This document shows positions 22,461-36,000 of a stretch of DNA of 64,000 bases, piece by piece (position 1 is the first letter of the stretch; every line of letters starts with the position of its first letter). The notes under the pieces were generated by a model. The model worked only from the letters and a program-made list of their open reading frames with translations. It made no database searches and was not told the origin of the DNA. The stretch is from NCBI GenBank assembly GCA_963823665.1, contig CAWGMQ010000006.1, positions 1,216,001 through 1,280,000 of the forward strand, in the 5' to 3' direction. The stretch is from an uncultured Planctomycetota bacterium (GTDB lineage: Bacteria; Planctomycetota; Planctomycetia; Isosphaerales; Isosphaeraceae). The translations under genes were made by a program, and so were the position numbers.

Positions 22461-22500
22461 TGTCCCGAACGGGTCGTCGCGCGTTGGTAATAAGGTATGG
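22461..22500 (+). promoter_or_regulatory. Candidate ECF promoter TGTCCCGAA-N21-TAAGGTATGG
   Basis: Same two boxes at the same spacing as 38118-38157, upstream of an ECF relic. Confidence 0.6.
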
Positions 22501-22509
22501 GGCCATGTC

Positions 22510-22630
22510 GTGGAAGATTCGCCGCGTAAGATCTTTCACCTGCTCGATCGGTTCCAAGCCGTTAATCTCCAGCGATTTGCGGAATTGCCCCGGCCGCACC
22601 GCGACTTCCAGCGGAGGAGAGAGGACGTTG
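22510..22630 (+). pseudogene. Decayed ECF sigma N-terminus
   Basis: VEDSPRKIFHLLDRFQAVNLQRFAELPRPHRD aligns with MTDSPSETLTLVERLRAGDRRALAEMFERHRD (ECF at 18174). Confidence 0.65.
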
Positions 22631-22634
22631 ATCG

Positions 22635-25600
22635 ATGGCGAGCGCTGAATCGGAGCAGTACAACCTGCTCGACCAACTGGCTGAGGAATTTGCGGAACGG
22701 TTCCGGCGCGGCGAGCGGCCGGCGCTCAAGGAATACACCGACCGCTACCCCGAACTGGCGGATGAGATCCGCGAGCTATTCCCGGCAATGGTGAAGGTCG
22801 AGCAGGCCGAGCGAGTGCTGAAGGGCGGAGAGCAGATTGATGCCGAGGCTGCGCATCAGCGCCGCGCGAAATCGGCGACTACCGGATCCTTGGCGAGATC
22901 GGCCGGGGCGGAATGGGCGTTGTTTACGAGGCCGAGCAGATCTCGCTGGGCCGGCGCGTTGCGCTCAAGGTCTTGCCGCGTCAAGTTTCGAGCGACCGGA
23001 TGATCCGGGAGCGGTTCCGCCGCGAGGCCCGCGCGGCGGCGAAACTGCACCACACCAACATCGTGCCGGTCTATGAGGTGGGCCAGGACGGGGACGTTCG
23101 TTTCTATGCGATGCAGTTCATCCAGGGCCAGGGACTGGACGCCGTCATCACCGAGCTGCGGCGGCTGCGCGACCGGTCGGGGCCCGAGCGTAAGGTGACG
23201 CGGGCCTTGGGGGGCAAGTCGTCCGGGCTTCGCCGTGAGCGGTCCGCCCGGGCGGAGGAAGCCGCGTTCCCTGGCGACGAGCCGCAGGTCAGCGCGGTGT
23301 TGCGGTCGATTCTTGACGGGCGGTTCGATCCCGGCGGTGGACGTCCGGCGCGGAAGGAAGCGTCTGATTCGATGCTGGCCAGGGCCGTTGCCGGGAACCT
23401 CACGACCCAGCTCGGGACTGGGATCGAAGGTTTCGCCGCCGTGTCCGACCCAGCACTGGCGCACACGGAGTCGGCCGAGAGTAGTGTCGGCCGTGCGTCC
23501 GGCGCTGCTCACGCTCGCGGCGAGGGAGCGGACGGCACACGGAGTGTGCCTGCTACGTCGTCAAGCTCGGCGATCCTGCCCGGCGGCACGCAGCTCTCGT
23601 CTGTCGAGTCGGGTGGCAATGCATTCTTCCGGAGCCTGGCGCACATCGGGCGGCAGGTCGCCGCGGGTCTGGCTTACGCGCACGCGCGAGGGATTGTGCA
23701 CCGGGACATCAAGCCGTCGAACTTGCTGCTGGACACCGAAGGGGTGGTGTGGATCACGGATTTTGGGCTGGCCAAGGGGGACGACGAGGGGCTGACGTTA
23801 AGCGGCGACATCCTGGGTACGATTCGCTACATGGCGCCGGAGCGGTTTCGGGGTGAAGGGGACGCACGGGCGGATGTGTACGCGCTGGGGCTGACGCTCT
23901 ACGAGCTGCTCACGCTGCGCTCGGGATTCGGCTCGGGTGACCGGCTGGCGCTGATCGAGCAGATCAAGACCGAGGAGCCCGAGCGGCCTCGGGCCATCGA
24001 TTCCCGGATCCCGCGGGATCTGGAGACGATCGTGCTCAAGGCGATCGAGAAGGACCCGAAGGCGCGGTATCGGTCCGCCGAGGCGATGGCAGAAGACCTC
24101 AGGCGGTTCGTGGCGGACGAGCCGATCCGGGCGCGGCAGGTCAGCGCCCCGGAGCGATACTGGCGATGGGCGCGGCGCAACAAGGGGATCGCGATCCTGG
24201 GCGGCGTGTTAACGGTGGTGCTGGTCGCGACCAGCGTGATTTCGCTTGTGGCGATGGAACAGTTCCGCGCCCAGGCCGGAGCCCAGCGCACGCTTGCGGC
24301 GGAAGAGGCTGGTGCCCGCCAGAAGGCCGACGAAGCGAACGCCAGCCTCCGCGCGGCCCAAGTGGAGCTGGGCGGGACCGTGTATGCCACCCGGACGAAC
24401 CTCGCTCTGGCCGCCTGGGACGCCGCCGATGTCGGTCGGCTTCGTAGTTTGCTCGACCTGCTGCGGCCGGCTCCCGGCGAGGCCGACCGCCGCGGCTGGG
24501 AGTGGCGCTATCTGTGGCAGCTCGGCCACGAGGATCGGCTCACGCTGCGGGCGCAGGACGCGAGTTTCGTCGACGTGGCCTTTAGTCCCGACGGGAAAAC
24601 CATCGCCGGCCTCGAGGGGAAAGGGCGCATCCAATTCTGGGACCGGCAGACAGGGGAATTGCGGCTGACGACGGGGGTCGCGCATGGCCGGCGCGGATCT
24701 GGCCGGCGGCGTCAGTGCCATTGCCTTCAGCCCGGATGGCCGCAGCCTCGTCGGGCCGGGCCCCGGGGAGAGTCTCATGCTCTACGCCGTCGACACGGGT
24801 CTGCCCACCCTCAGCTTCGAGGGCCCGCCCGAGACCGTTCTGAAGCTGGCCTGGAGCCCCGACGGCCGGACCTTGGTCGCCGCGCACACGAAACATCGCA
24901 TGCGGGTCTGGGACGCCCGGGACGGCCATCTGATCCAAAGCTCTTTTGGCGCACACAACGGCCCGGTTGCCGCCGTGGCGTTCAGCCCCGACGGCCGCAC
25001 CATCGCCTCGGCCAGCTATGACCATACAGTCAAGCTATGGAAATTCGAGGACGGGACAGACCCGCGTGCCAAGCTCGAGGGGCACACCGACGAGGTCCGC
25101 GCCGTGGCGTTCAGCCCCGACGGCCGCCAGATCGCCTCCGCCGGCCTCGACCGGACGATCCGGGTCTGGGATGCCAGGTCGGGGGCGGAGGTCGCCGTGA
25201 TCCGGGGGCACACGGGTGCGGTGCTGTCACTGGCCTACGGGCACGACAGCACGCGGGTCATCACGGGCTCCGCCGACGAGACGGTCCGCGTCTGGGACAC
25301 CACCTCGGGCCAGGAGCTTCGATGCTTCAAGGCGCACAGCGATGAGGTCGTCGCCGTGGCCTTCAGCCCGCATGGCCGCGAGATTGCCTCGGCGAGCTCC
25401 GACGCGACAGTGCGGGTCTGGGATGCCGCCAGCCCTGATCGCCCGCGCACGCTCCAGAGCCCCTCGGTGCTGACCTACGGCGGGGAGGTGGAATGCCTGG
25501 CGTTTTCCCCCGATGGCCGCCGGCTGGTCTCCGGCCACACCGACCACGCGCTGCGGATCTGGGAACTCCCTTCGGGACGGCCGCTCCCCCCGATCAAAGG

Positions 25601-28439
25601 CCACACGACGCCAATCAGGTGTGTCGCGTTCAGCCCCGACGGCCGCGCCGTCGCCTCCGGCGGTGGCGACGGCGCGGTGCGACTGTGGGACGCCGCCACC
25701 GGCAAGCCACGGCTCACCTTCACCGGGCACACCGGCGGGATCCTCGGGCTGGTCTTCACGCCCGACGGCAAGACCGTCCTCTCGGGTGGCATTGACCGCA
25801 CGATCCAGGCCTGGGACTCCGAGACCGGGGTCGTCCGATTCACTCTCCGAGGCCACTCCGAGGCGGTTCACGACCTGACGCTCTCCCCCGACGGCCGCAC
25901 CGTCGCTTCAGCCGGCTACGACAAGACGTGCATCCTCTGGGACCTCGTCGAGAAGCAACCCCGCGTGACGCTGCGGGGACATGGCGGCGCGATCAACTCG
26001 GTCGCCTTCAGCCCGGACGGCCGCATCATCGCGACGGCGTCGAGCGACCGCACGATTCGGTTATGGGACTCGGACGACGGCTCACCTCGAGGCGTGCTGG
26101 AAGGGCACATCTATGAGGTCTTCGGCCTCGCGTTCAGCCCGGACGGCCGGCTCGCCTCTTCCGGTAGAGACAAGACCATCCGGCTCTGGGACCCGTCGAG
26201 CGGGCAGACCCTGCTGATCCTCAAAGGACACGCGGGGCGAATCCGCAACGTCAGGTTCAGCCCCGACGGCCGGACTCTCGCCTCGGCCAGCGATGACCGC
26301 ACCATCAAGCTCTGGGACGCCGCCCCCGCGGACGTTCTCGCGGCCACCCGGGACGGGACCGTGCCCGACAGCACGACCGAAGAAGCCAATGCGCGCCTGC
26401 GGCGCAGCCGCGAAGAGGTGCGCCCGGCCTTGTACGCAGCCAGCTCGAACCTGGCCATGGGCGCCTGGGAAGCCAAGGATCTCCTGCGGCTCCGCTTCCT
26501 GCTCGATCTGATGAGGCCTCGGGAGGGCGAATCCGACCTGCGCGGATGGGAGTGGAACTATTTGAACGAGCTTGCGCATGAGGATCCTTCGACACTCCGC
26601 GGTCATGATCGCGAGGCCAGACAGCTCGCCTTCAGCGCCGACGGTAAGACCCTCGCCTCGGTGCACTCCGGTGGTCGTGTCCGACTCTGGGATCTCGCCA
26701 CCGGGGGCGTTCGGCTCACGTTCAGCCCGGAGCAGAAGGCCGGCTGGGAATCGTCGCAGTCGGGTGTCTCCGGCCTTGCATTCAGCCCCGACGGCGAACG
26801 ACTTGCAGGCCCGGGGCCGGGGGGACACCTCGGAATCTGGAACACCCGCTCCGGCGCGCTGCTCCGCCATTTCATGGTGAGCTCCCAGGGGACGCCGACC
26901 GTCGCGTTCAGCCCGGATGGGCGGACGATCGTCACAGGCTCGACGACACACAAGGTTCGGATCTGGGACGCCACAGGTCAAAAGCCGGATGCCGGCGGAT
27001 ACGGACCGATGGTACGGCTGTTCGATAATGCTCATGACGCCACGGTGGAACGAGTCGTGTTCAGCCCCGACGGCCGGCGAGTGGCCTCGACCGGCGGCGG
27101 GACGATCAAGCTGTGGGATGTCGAAGCGGGCAAGCTGCAGGCAACCCTACCATCGCCCAACGTGGAGGTCTTCGCACTGGCCTTCAGCCCGGATGGCAAG
27201 ACCCTGGCTTCCGGCGGCTCGGACCACCTGGTGCACGTGTGGGATGCCGGCGCCGGGCGAGAGCGCAGGCAGCTCTCGGGACATGCGACGAGCGTGACGG
27301 CCCTGGCCTTCCGAGCAAACGGCGGCCAACTTCTCTCGGCGGGGTCGGACGCGATCGTGAAGGTCTGGGACACTGACTCCGCTCGCGAGCTGCGTTCTTT
27401 GAAGCAGCAGGCCGGCTCGATCACCGGGGATACGTTCAGTCCCGAGGGCGAGACCCTCGCCTCGAGCAGCCTTGCGAGAATGCTCGAGATCTGGGATTCG
27501 AGCCATCCGGTCCGGCCGGTCGTCATCAAGAGCACGCCGTTTTCGAAGAATGTCGTCTCTGGCTCCCTGGTCGCCTTCAGCCCGGACGGTCGACGGATTG
27601 TCGCGGGCTTTGCCGATGGCACCGTCCGGCTCTGGGATACCGACACCGGGCAAGCCGGGCTCACGCTCACGGGTCACGAGAAGTCGGTGCTCTGTGTGGC
27701 GTTTGGGCCATCTGGAGATACCATTACTTCGGCGGCTCAGGACGGCACGGTGCGGCTGTGGGACGCGGCTACCGGCGCGGTCCGCTTCAGCCTCGCGAAA
27801 CACGCGGGTCCGGTCAACTCAGCGGCATTCAGCCCGGATGGGCGTCGCCTGGTCTCGGCAAGCGATGATGCCACCCTGAAGGTCTGGGACCCCGCGACGG
27901 GCGGGCTCGTGCTGTCGATACCGGGCCAGACTGGAGCGGTGCACGTCGCGAAGTACAGTCTCGATGGCCGGTCCATCGCCTCGGCCGGTGTGGATGGGCG
28001 TATCAGGCTCTGGAATGCCGAGACCGGCCAGCTTCTGGCTACTTTCACAGGCCATGCTGATCGGGTGTTTGGTGTGGCCTTCAGCCCAGACGGCCGGACG
28101 ATTGCATCGAGCTCCGCCGACAAAACGGTGAGGCTCTGGGACGCCGCCACCGGTGAGTGCCGTCGCACGCTCGACGGGCGCACGGTCCTGGTCAATAGCG
28201 TGGCGTACAGTCCCGATGGCCGCCGGCTCGTCTCCTCCGGCGACGACAAGGCCGTGAGGCTCTGGGACCCAGCGAGCGGGGCGGAGCTGCTCACGCTCAA
28301 GGGTCATTCGGGGCCTGTTCGATCGGTTGCATTCAGCGGCGACGGACGCGAGATCGCCTCGGCGGGTGACGAAGGCACGATCATCGTCTGGGAAGCTGCC
28401 GCGGCGACACCGCAGCCGCGTGTGAAAGAAGGGCGTTGA
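22635..28439 (+). CDS. Membrane Ser/Thr kinase K3 with two tandem GWEW-linker/WD40 blocks, frameshifts near 22860 and 24680
   Basis: Full Hanks motifs, a TM helix and more than 20 GH..VAFSPDG..WD repeats across three joined ORFs. Confidence 0.9.
23528..23556 (-). repeat. GTAG-type REP located in frame inside kinase K3
   Basis: GCGGACGGCACACGGAGTGTGCCTGCTAC is identical to the intergenic copy at 51943-51971. Confidence 0.85.
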
Positions 28440-28442
28440 ACG

Positions 28443-31400
28443 ATGTCGACCTCCGAATCAGAACAATACAACCTGCTCGATCAACTGGCGGAGGAATTCG
28501 CCGAGCGCTTCCGCCGCGGCGAGCGCCCTACGCTTGAGGAATACACCGCTGGCTACCCCGAGCTGGCCGATGACATCCGGGAGCTGTTCCCGGCGATGGT
28601 GCAGGTGGAGCAGGTCGACGAGGGGAAAGCCACCCGTGAAGGTGAGGCGGAGGCTCGGAGAGCAACGAAGACGTTGCAGCAGATCGGTGATTACCGGATC
28701 CTGGGCGAGATCGGCCGGGGCGGCATGGGTGTCGTTTATGAGGCCGAGCAGATCTCACTCGGGCGGCGGGTGGCGCTCAAAGTGCTGCCTCGGCATGTGG
28801 CTGCGGACCGGACGACGCTCGAGCGGTTTCGCCGCGAGGCCCGCGCCGCGGCACGGCTGCATCACACCAACATCGTGCCGGTCTACGAGGTCGGCCAGGA
28901 CGGTGACACTCGCTTCTACGCGATGCAATTCATCCAGGGGCAGAGCCTGGACGGCGTGATCACGGAATTGCGCCGACCTGCGCATCCGGTCACAGTCACG
29001 AGCCAGCGGCGAGGACAAGGAGAAGAGCAGCTCGGAAACGCGAACCCTGGCCGCGTCAGTCGCCCGTTCGATCCTGGCGGGCGGTTTCCTGCCGGAAGGC
29101 GACGACCGCGCCACGTCTGCAATCGTCGGGGGGCGGACCGAAGCAGAACGCGCGAGCGCGACCCTTGCCTTTGCGAAGGCGGTGGCCGTGGATGCGGTGC
29201 CCACGCAGGCTGGCACGTTGCCCGAGTTTGCTCCGGACTCGTCCTCGACGCCGACCCCGTTCTCCCAGGCCGTGCTGCCGGGTGGAACGCTGCTCTCGGT
29301 TGCGGAGATGAGCCATCGTGTCTTCCATCGCAGCGTGGCCCACATCGGCAGACAGGCCGCCGCGGCGCTTGTTCATGCTCATGCCCGCGGGGTGATCCAC
29401 CGGGACATCAAGCCGTCGAATCTTCTGCTCGACACCGACGGCGTCGTCTGGGTGACTGACTTCGGTCTGGCCAAGGCCGACGATGATGGACTGACACAGA
29501 CCGGCGACGTGCTGGGCACGATCCGCTACATGGCGCCCGAGCGGTTCCTCGGCCAAGCTGACGCGCGGTCGGACGTCTATGCGCTGGGACTGACGCTCTA
29601 CGAGCTCGTTCTGCTCCGACCGGCGTTCGACTCGCCCAACCGGCTTGCCTTGATCGAACAGGTCAGGAGCGTCGATCCGCCGCGACCCCGTTCGATCGAC
29701 CCGCGGATCCCTCTCGATCTCGAAACCATTGTGCTCAAGGCCGTCGAGAAGGACGCGAAAGCGCGGTACGGCTCGGCCGAAGCGATGAGCGAAGACCTGC
29801 GGCGGTTCCTGGCCGACGAGCCGATCCAGGCCCGACAGGTCAGCACCACGGAGCGCTACTGGCGGTGGGCCCGGCGCAACCCCGTGATCGCGATACTGGG
29901 CGGAGTGCTGACGGCGCTCTTGGTCGCGGTTACCGTGGGCTCAATGATGACCGCAAGTTACTTCCAGCGACTCGCCGGCAGTGAGACGCGGGCCAACCAG
30001 CGACTGCAAGTGACTCAGAAGGATGCTGACGACGCGCGGCGGGAGGCGCTCCTGGAGCGCGACCGTTCGCGGCGACAATCAGCACGGCTCGCTCTCGACA
30101 AGGGAATCGCCCTGGCCGAGACGGGGGAGGCCGCTCGGGGCCTGCACTGGATGCTCGAAGGCCTCGCGGTCGCCCCGGCCGAAGCTGCCGAGATAGAGAG
30201 GGTGATCCGGATCAACTTGTCTGCCTGGAGCGAGCAGGTTCATGGTTTGCGGCACATTATCCGGGTTCCGGTCCGGGAAGCTGAAGCGACCGCAGCCGCC
30301 TACCGCTGCGCCTTCAGTCCCGATGGCCGGGTGATCGCCATCGCCTCGGCGGACCGTTTGGAATACCGGGATGCGAGAACCCTCGAGCCGACGGGCAAAT
30401 CCCTCGTTTTCGAGAGCTTGCCCCAGGCATTCGCGTTTAGCCCTGACGGCAAGAACCTGGTCACGGGGCACGATCGGGGCGGCGTGCAGCTCTGGGATGT
30501 GACCACAGGGAGCCGCGTCGGCGTCCCCTTGCCGCACGGCGGCATCGTAAGTGGTGTGGCCTACAGCCCTGATGGCACCATCATCGCGACCGGGTGTTCC
30601 GACGGCAGCATGCGAATCTGGGATTCGAGCACGGGCGAGCCACTCGCTGCTCCGTTCGGAACCGGGCAGCCCGTCTACAGCGTGGCATTTGGCCCGGACG
30701 GCAAGTCGATCTTGATCGGGACAGGTTCGGAAGGCCGCAGCGGGGCCGCCTACGTGTGGGACGTCGCCACCCGGACAAAGCTGGCCGGCCCCTTGACGCA
30801 CCCGGACACGGTTTCCGCGGTCGCGTTCAACCCCGCCGGCACGACGTTCCTGACCGCGTGCCTGGACGGGACCGCCCAACTCTGGGAGAGGGATACAGAC
30901 CGGCCGCGCGGCGACCCCCTATGGCATCGGCAAGCCGTCTATGGTGCCCTTTTCACTCCGGACGGCGCCACGATTCTGACCAGGCCCAGGGATGAACTTT
31001 CCGTCTTCTTGTGGGAGGCGGCGACGGGCCAGCGTATCGGCACAGCCCTCTGGCACGAGGGTCCGGTGGATTGTGTTGCGGTCAGCCCAGACGGCCGGAC
31101 CGTCCTGTCCGGGGGTTCGGACGAGTCGGCCCGCCTCTGGGAGATCGGCCGGAACCGGTCGCGCCCCCTCGACCCGAGCCAGCGCACCAAACGGCCCGCG
31201 AACCCGGGCCCGCAGGACGAGCCCAGGCTTCCGGACTATCTCTTGAAGAAGACCATTGCCTACAGCACCGACAGGAAGACCGTGCTGACCAGCGATGGCG
31301 GCCGCATCGCGCGGCTTTGGGAGACCTCGACCGGTCGGCCGCTCGGCGCCCCGCTGCACCACGCCCGAAACGTGCGGACGGTCGCCTTTAGCCCGGATGG

Positions 31401-33009
31401 GAGCCGGGTCGCCACGGCGAGCCACGACTTTAATGTCGGTGGCGAGCACGCCAATTTGAGCGACATCCAGCTCTGGGACGCGGCCACCGGACGGCCGCTG
31501 GCGCCTGCAATCCGGCGCGACCAGTGGGTCTCGGCGCTTGCGTTCAGCCCGGACGGCCGCGTGCTTGCCTCGGGCGATTACGGACGGACTGTCCGGTTCT
31601 GGGACGCCGTGACGGGGCAGCCCGCCGGCGTGCCGCTGGAGCAGCGCGGCATCGTCTTCAGCGTGGCGTTTGGCCCCGACGGCAAGACGCTGGCTGTGGG
31701 TACCGTCGACCCGGCGAAAGAGGCGCGGCTCTGGAACCTGGCGACCGGCCGTCCGCAGGGCATCGCCATGCCTCACAAGGATTGGGTCGTGGAGGTTGCC
31801 TTCAGCCCCGACGGGCGTGTGCTCCTGACCCGATCGCATGACGCGACGGCCCGGCTCTGGGACGCAACGAGTGGTCAGCCCCTCACCGACTACCTGCGGC
31901 ATGAGGGTCTCCCCGCTGCCGCGTTTAGCCCTGACGGCCGGCGAGTCGCGTCCGCGGGCAACCTCGAAGACCAGGCCCGGATCTGGGACGCCCAGACCGG
32001 CCAGACGCTCCCCGGGGCGACGCTCAGCCAGGGTAGTCAGGTGACCGCGCTGGCTTTCAGCCCTGACGGCGCAGTACTCGGCGTCGGCTGCAAGGACGGC
32101 TCAGCGCGGCTGTGGGATGTCGCCACCGCCAAACCACTCGGCCCCCCCATGGTGCAGCGGTCGACGATCGTCGCCGTGACCTTCACCCAGGCCGGCGCCG
32201 CGCTCCTGGCCACCGCCGCTGACGGCACCACCCGGTCCTGGCCGGTACCTTCGCCGATGGGGGGCAATACGAATCAGATCGCACTTCGGCTCGAGATCCT
32301 CACCGGACTGCGCATGAACGCCGGTCAAGACGTCGAGAAGCTCGCCGCCGTTGCCTGGGACGAGCGCTGCCGTCGCCTGACCGCCCTCGATGGGTCGGTC
32401 GAGCTTGCTTACGCATCCTCGGTCAGCGAGCTGGACTACCACGAAGCCCGGGCTCGGGACGCCGAGCAGGATGGGAACACATTCGCAGCGCGGTGGCACC
32501 TGGATCGGTTGATCTCCATTCGCGCGGCAGAGCAAAACGGCGAGAGTGCGCCCGACCTCTGGTTGGTCCATGCCCGACGTGCCCGGGCTTGTTCGATCGC
32601 CGGGCGGCTCGACCTTGCGGATGCCGACTACTCCCGCGCCCTCCAGCTCGGCTCCCGTGGCCTGATCCTCAACTGGTATCGTCACCGAGTCGCGGATTGC
32701 GAGCATGCCGCGCAATGGCCGACCGCGCTCTGGTATCTTGACCGCTGTATCGCCGCCGAACCGAGTAACTGGGAGCTGTACGCGAGCCGGAGCAGGGTCT
32801 TTGGCCGGCTTGGCAAGTCGCAGCAGCGCCTCGCCGACCTGAACAGGGCTCTCCTCTACAGTCAACTGACGGTGGAAACTCCCAAGGAAGCCGAGACCGC
32901 GGCGGTGCTGGGCGTCACCGAGGAGGCCGGAGCCAAGCGCTCGATCCGGGCGCTCAAGAAGCTCAAGACGACCCTGGCCGCGATGCCGGGGGGCCTGGAA
33001 GGACTTTGA
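28443..33009 (+). CDS. Membrane Ser/Thr kinase K4, WD40 plus TPR, ending in an ECF sigma4 tail; frameshift(s) in 28980-29180
   Basis: Hanks motifs, TM, WD40 and TPR. Final 39 aa are [39 protein letters not shown]. Confidence 0.9.
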
Positions 33010-33012
33010 ACG

Positions 33013-36000
33013 ATGCCGCTCTCCGAATCGGAACAATTCAACCTTCTCGATCAACTAGCCGAGGAATTCGCCGAGCGCTTCCGGCGCGGCGAGCGCCCTG
33101 CGGTTGAGGAATACACCGCTCGCTACCCGGAGCTGGCCGATGACATCCGGGAGCTCTTCCCGGCGATGGTCAAGGTCGAGCAGGTCGACGAGGGGCAAGT
33201 TGATCGTGAAGGTGAAGCGGCGGCTCGGAGCGCGGCGAGGTCGGTGCAGCAAATCGGTGATTACCGGATCCTGGGGCAGATCGGCCGGGGAGGCATGGGG
33301 GTTGTCTATGAGGCCGAGCAGATCTCACTCGGGCGGCGGGTGGCGCTCAAAGTGCTGCCTCGGCATGTGGCTGCGGACCGGACGACGCTCGAGCGCTTTC
33401 GGCGGGAGGCCCGCGCCGCGGCGCGGCTGCATCACACCAACATCGTGCCTGTCTATGAGGTGGGCCAGGATGGTGACGTCCGTTTCTATGCGATGCAATT
33501 CATCCTGGGGCAGAGCCTGGATGGTGTGATCGCGGAATTGCGTCACCTGCGCATTCGCTCGCAATCAAGAACGAGCGGCGGGGAAGAACGTGGCACAGAA
33601 ATGCGAACGATCACCGCGTCGGTCGCGCACTCGATCCTGGCGGGCGGCTTCCTGCCCGAGCGTGACGTCCGCGCAAGCTCGGCGATCCTTACGGAAGCGA
33701 CCGAAGCCGCGCCTGCGCGCGACCCTGGCAGTGGCGAGAGCCACGGCGGTGGATGCGGACGCGACGGACGCTGGCACGTTGCCCGAGTTTGCTCCGGACT
33801 CGTCCTCGACTCCGACCCCACTCACCCAGGCCGTGCTGCCGGGTGGAACGCAACTCTCGGTCGCGGAGATGAGCCACCGCGTATTCCATCGGAGCGTGGC
33901 CCACATCGGCAGACAGGCGCCTCGGCCCTGGTTCATGCGCATGCCCGCGGAGTGATCCACCGCGACATCAAGCCGTCGAATCTTCTGCTCGACACCGACG
34001 GCGTCGTCTGGGTGACTGACTTCGGTCTGGCCAAGGCCGACGATGATGGACTGACCCAGACCGGCGACGTGCTGGGCACGATCCGGTACATGGCGCCGGA
34101 GCGATTCTCGGGGGCGGCTGACCCGCGGTCCGACGTCTATGCGCTGGGGCTGACGCTCTACGAGCTTCTGGTTCTGCGCCCAGCGTTTGACTCGCCCAAC
34201 CGGCTGGCTCTGATCGAGCAGGTGAGGAGCATCGATCCGCCGCGGCCGCGTCTGATTGACCCGCGAATCCCGCTGGATCTCGAAACCATCGTGCTCAAGG
34301 CGATCGAGAAGGATCCGAAAGCGCGGTACGGGTCGGCTGATGCGATGAGTGAGGACCTGCGGCGGTTTCTAGCGGACGAGCCGATCGAGGCTCGGCAGGT
34401 CAGCGCCGCGGAACGCTACTGGCGGTGGGCCAAGCGCAATCCGACGATCGCGAGCCTGGGCGGGGTTGTGACGGCACTGCTCCTGGCGGTGACGGTCGGG
34501 TCAATGGTGGCGGCGGCCTATTTCAAGGCGTCGGCGCAGCGCGAGACAAGTCTCGCCGTGCGCGAGCAGTTTGCCAATCAGCAATCGCAGCGCGACCGAA
34601 AGGACGCTGTCGAAGCGAGGCGGCTAGCGATTCTCGAGCGCGACAACTCGCGGCAGCTCTCCGCGAACCTGGCGCTGGAAAAGGGGCTGGCTATGGCGGA
34701 GGAAGGCCGCGCCGACCGGGGCCTTCTGTGGATGTTCGAGGCATTCACGACCGCTCCGGACGAGGCGAAGGAATTCCGGAAGGTGGTTCGCTGGAACCTG
34801 GGTGCGTGGCTTGCTCAAATTCACAAACCGCTCCGATTCATGACCGCGGACGCTCGGTGCGACTACATCGCATTCAGCCCGGATGGGAAGTCGTTCGCGA
34901 CCGGCTTTTCTCCCGGCGATCTCACGAACGCGACACCGGTTGAACTCTGGGACACGGATTCCGGGGTAAAACTGCGTTCGTTGCCCGGTGCGTTTGCCGC
35001 GTTCGCGTTCGCACGGGAGGGTAAGGTCCTCGTGGCGCGCTCGGACGATCGGCATGTGGTTGCCGTCGACGTGGGCACTGGAGGGATCCTGTGGAAGAGC
35101 CGAGCCATGCCCGGGGCATTCAGCCCGAGGTCCAGTCTCAGTGATGACGGTGCCACCGTTCTTTGCGAAAGCAATGACAAGTCTATGAACTGGTGGTTGT
35201 TCCGATTGGATGCCAAGACCGGTGAGCAGATTGGCGAAGCGCTGCGAGGGCGGCGAAGCGTGACGATGTCGCCCGACGGGAGAATGGCGGCCGCCGGCAG
35301 GGAAGAGAATGGCGAGGACTACATTGACGTGCGCGAGCTGCCTACGGGCCGGCTTGCGGCGTCATGGCGGCTCGAGCGGCAGCGGACGTATCAGCTCACG
35401 TTCAGCCCCGACGCGAGGTTTCTCTTCAGCGTGGTCCTCGAAGGCGATGGCTTCAAAGGAAATGTCCGGTTCGGCCAGATCTGGGACGCGGCAACCGGAA
35501 AACCAACCAGTCCGCTCATGGCCGAGACTATCGGCGGCGCTTACAGCCCTGCTGGCGATCGGATTTTGACTTGTGGCGACAGCCAGTCGAGTTTGCGCGA
35601 AGCCGCGAGCGGCCGGGCGCGCGGCGCCGCGTTTCCTGCCCGCCAATCTGTAGCCATGCATCCCGACGGCCGTCTCGCGCTGGTGGCGGGTGCGGAAAAC
35701 ACGTTTGGATTGTGGCAGATCAGGGCGGACGCACAGCCGATCGACAACAGAGCAGCGAGCAGCCAGGACTTGAATCCATTGGTTATACCCGACCGCCAGA
35801 CGCGGGGTTTGAATCTCTTCTGGTCAGGTTTGCGGGCCGATGGGCAAGTTGTTGTTTCGCTAACCAGGGATTCGGCCGAACGGGAACACGTCCGCTTATC
35901 GGATTCCGCGACTGGGCGTCCGCTCGGAAGGCCCGCGGCGCATCAACCTCGCTGGGTCGTCAGGGTGGTTGGCTTGAGCCCGGACGGCCGAATTCTGGTC

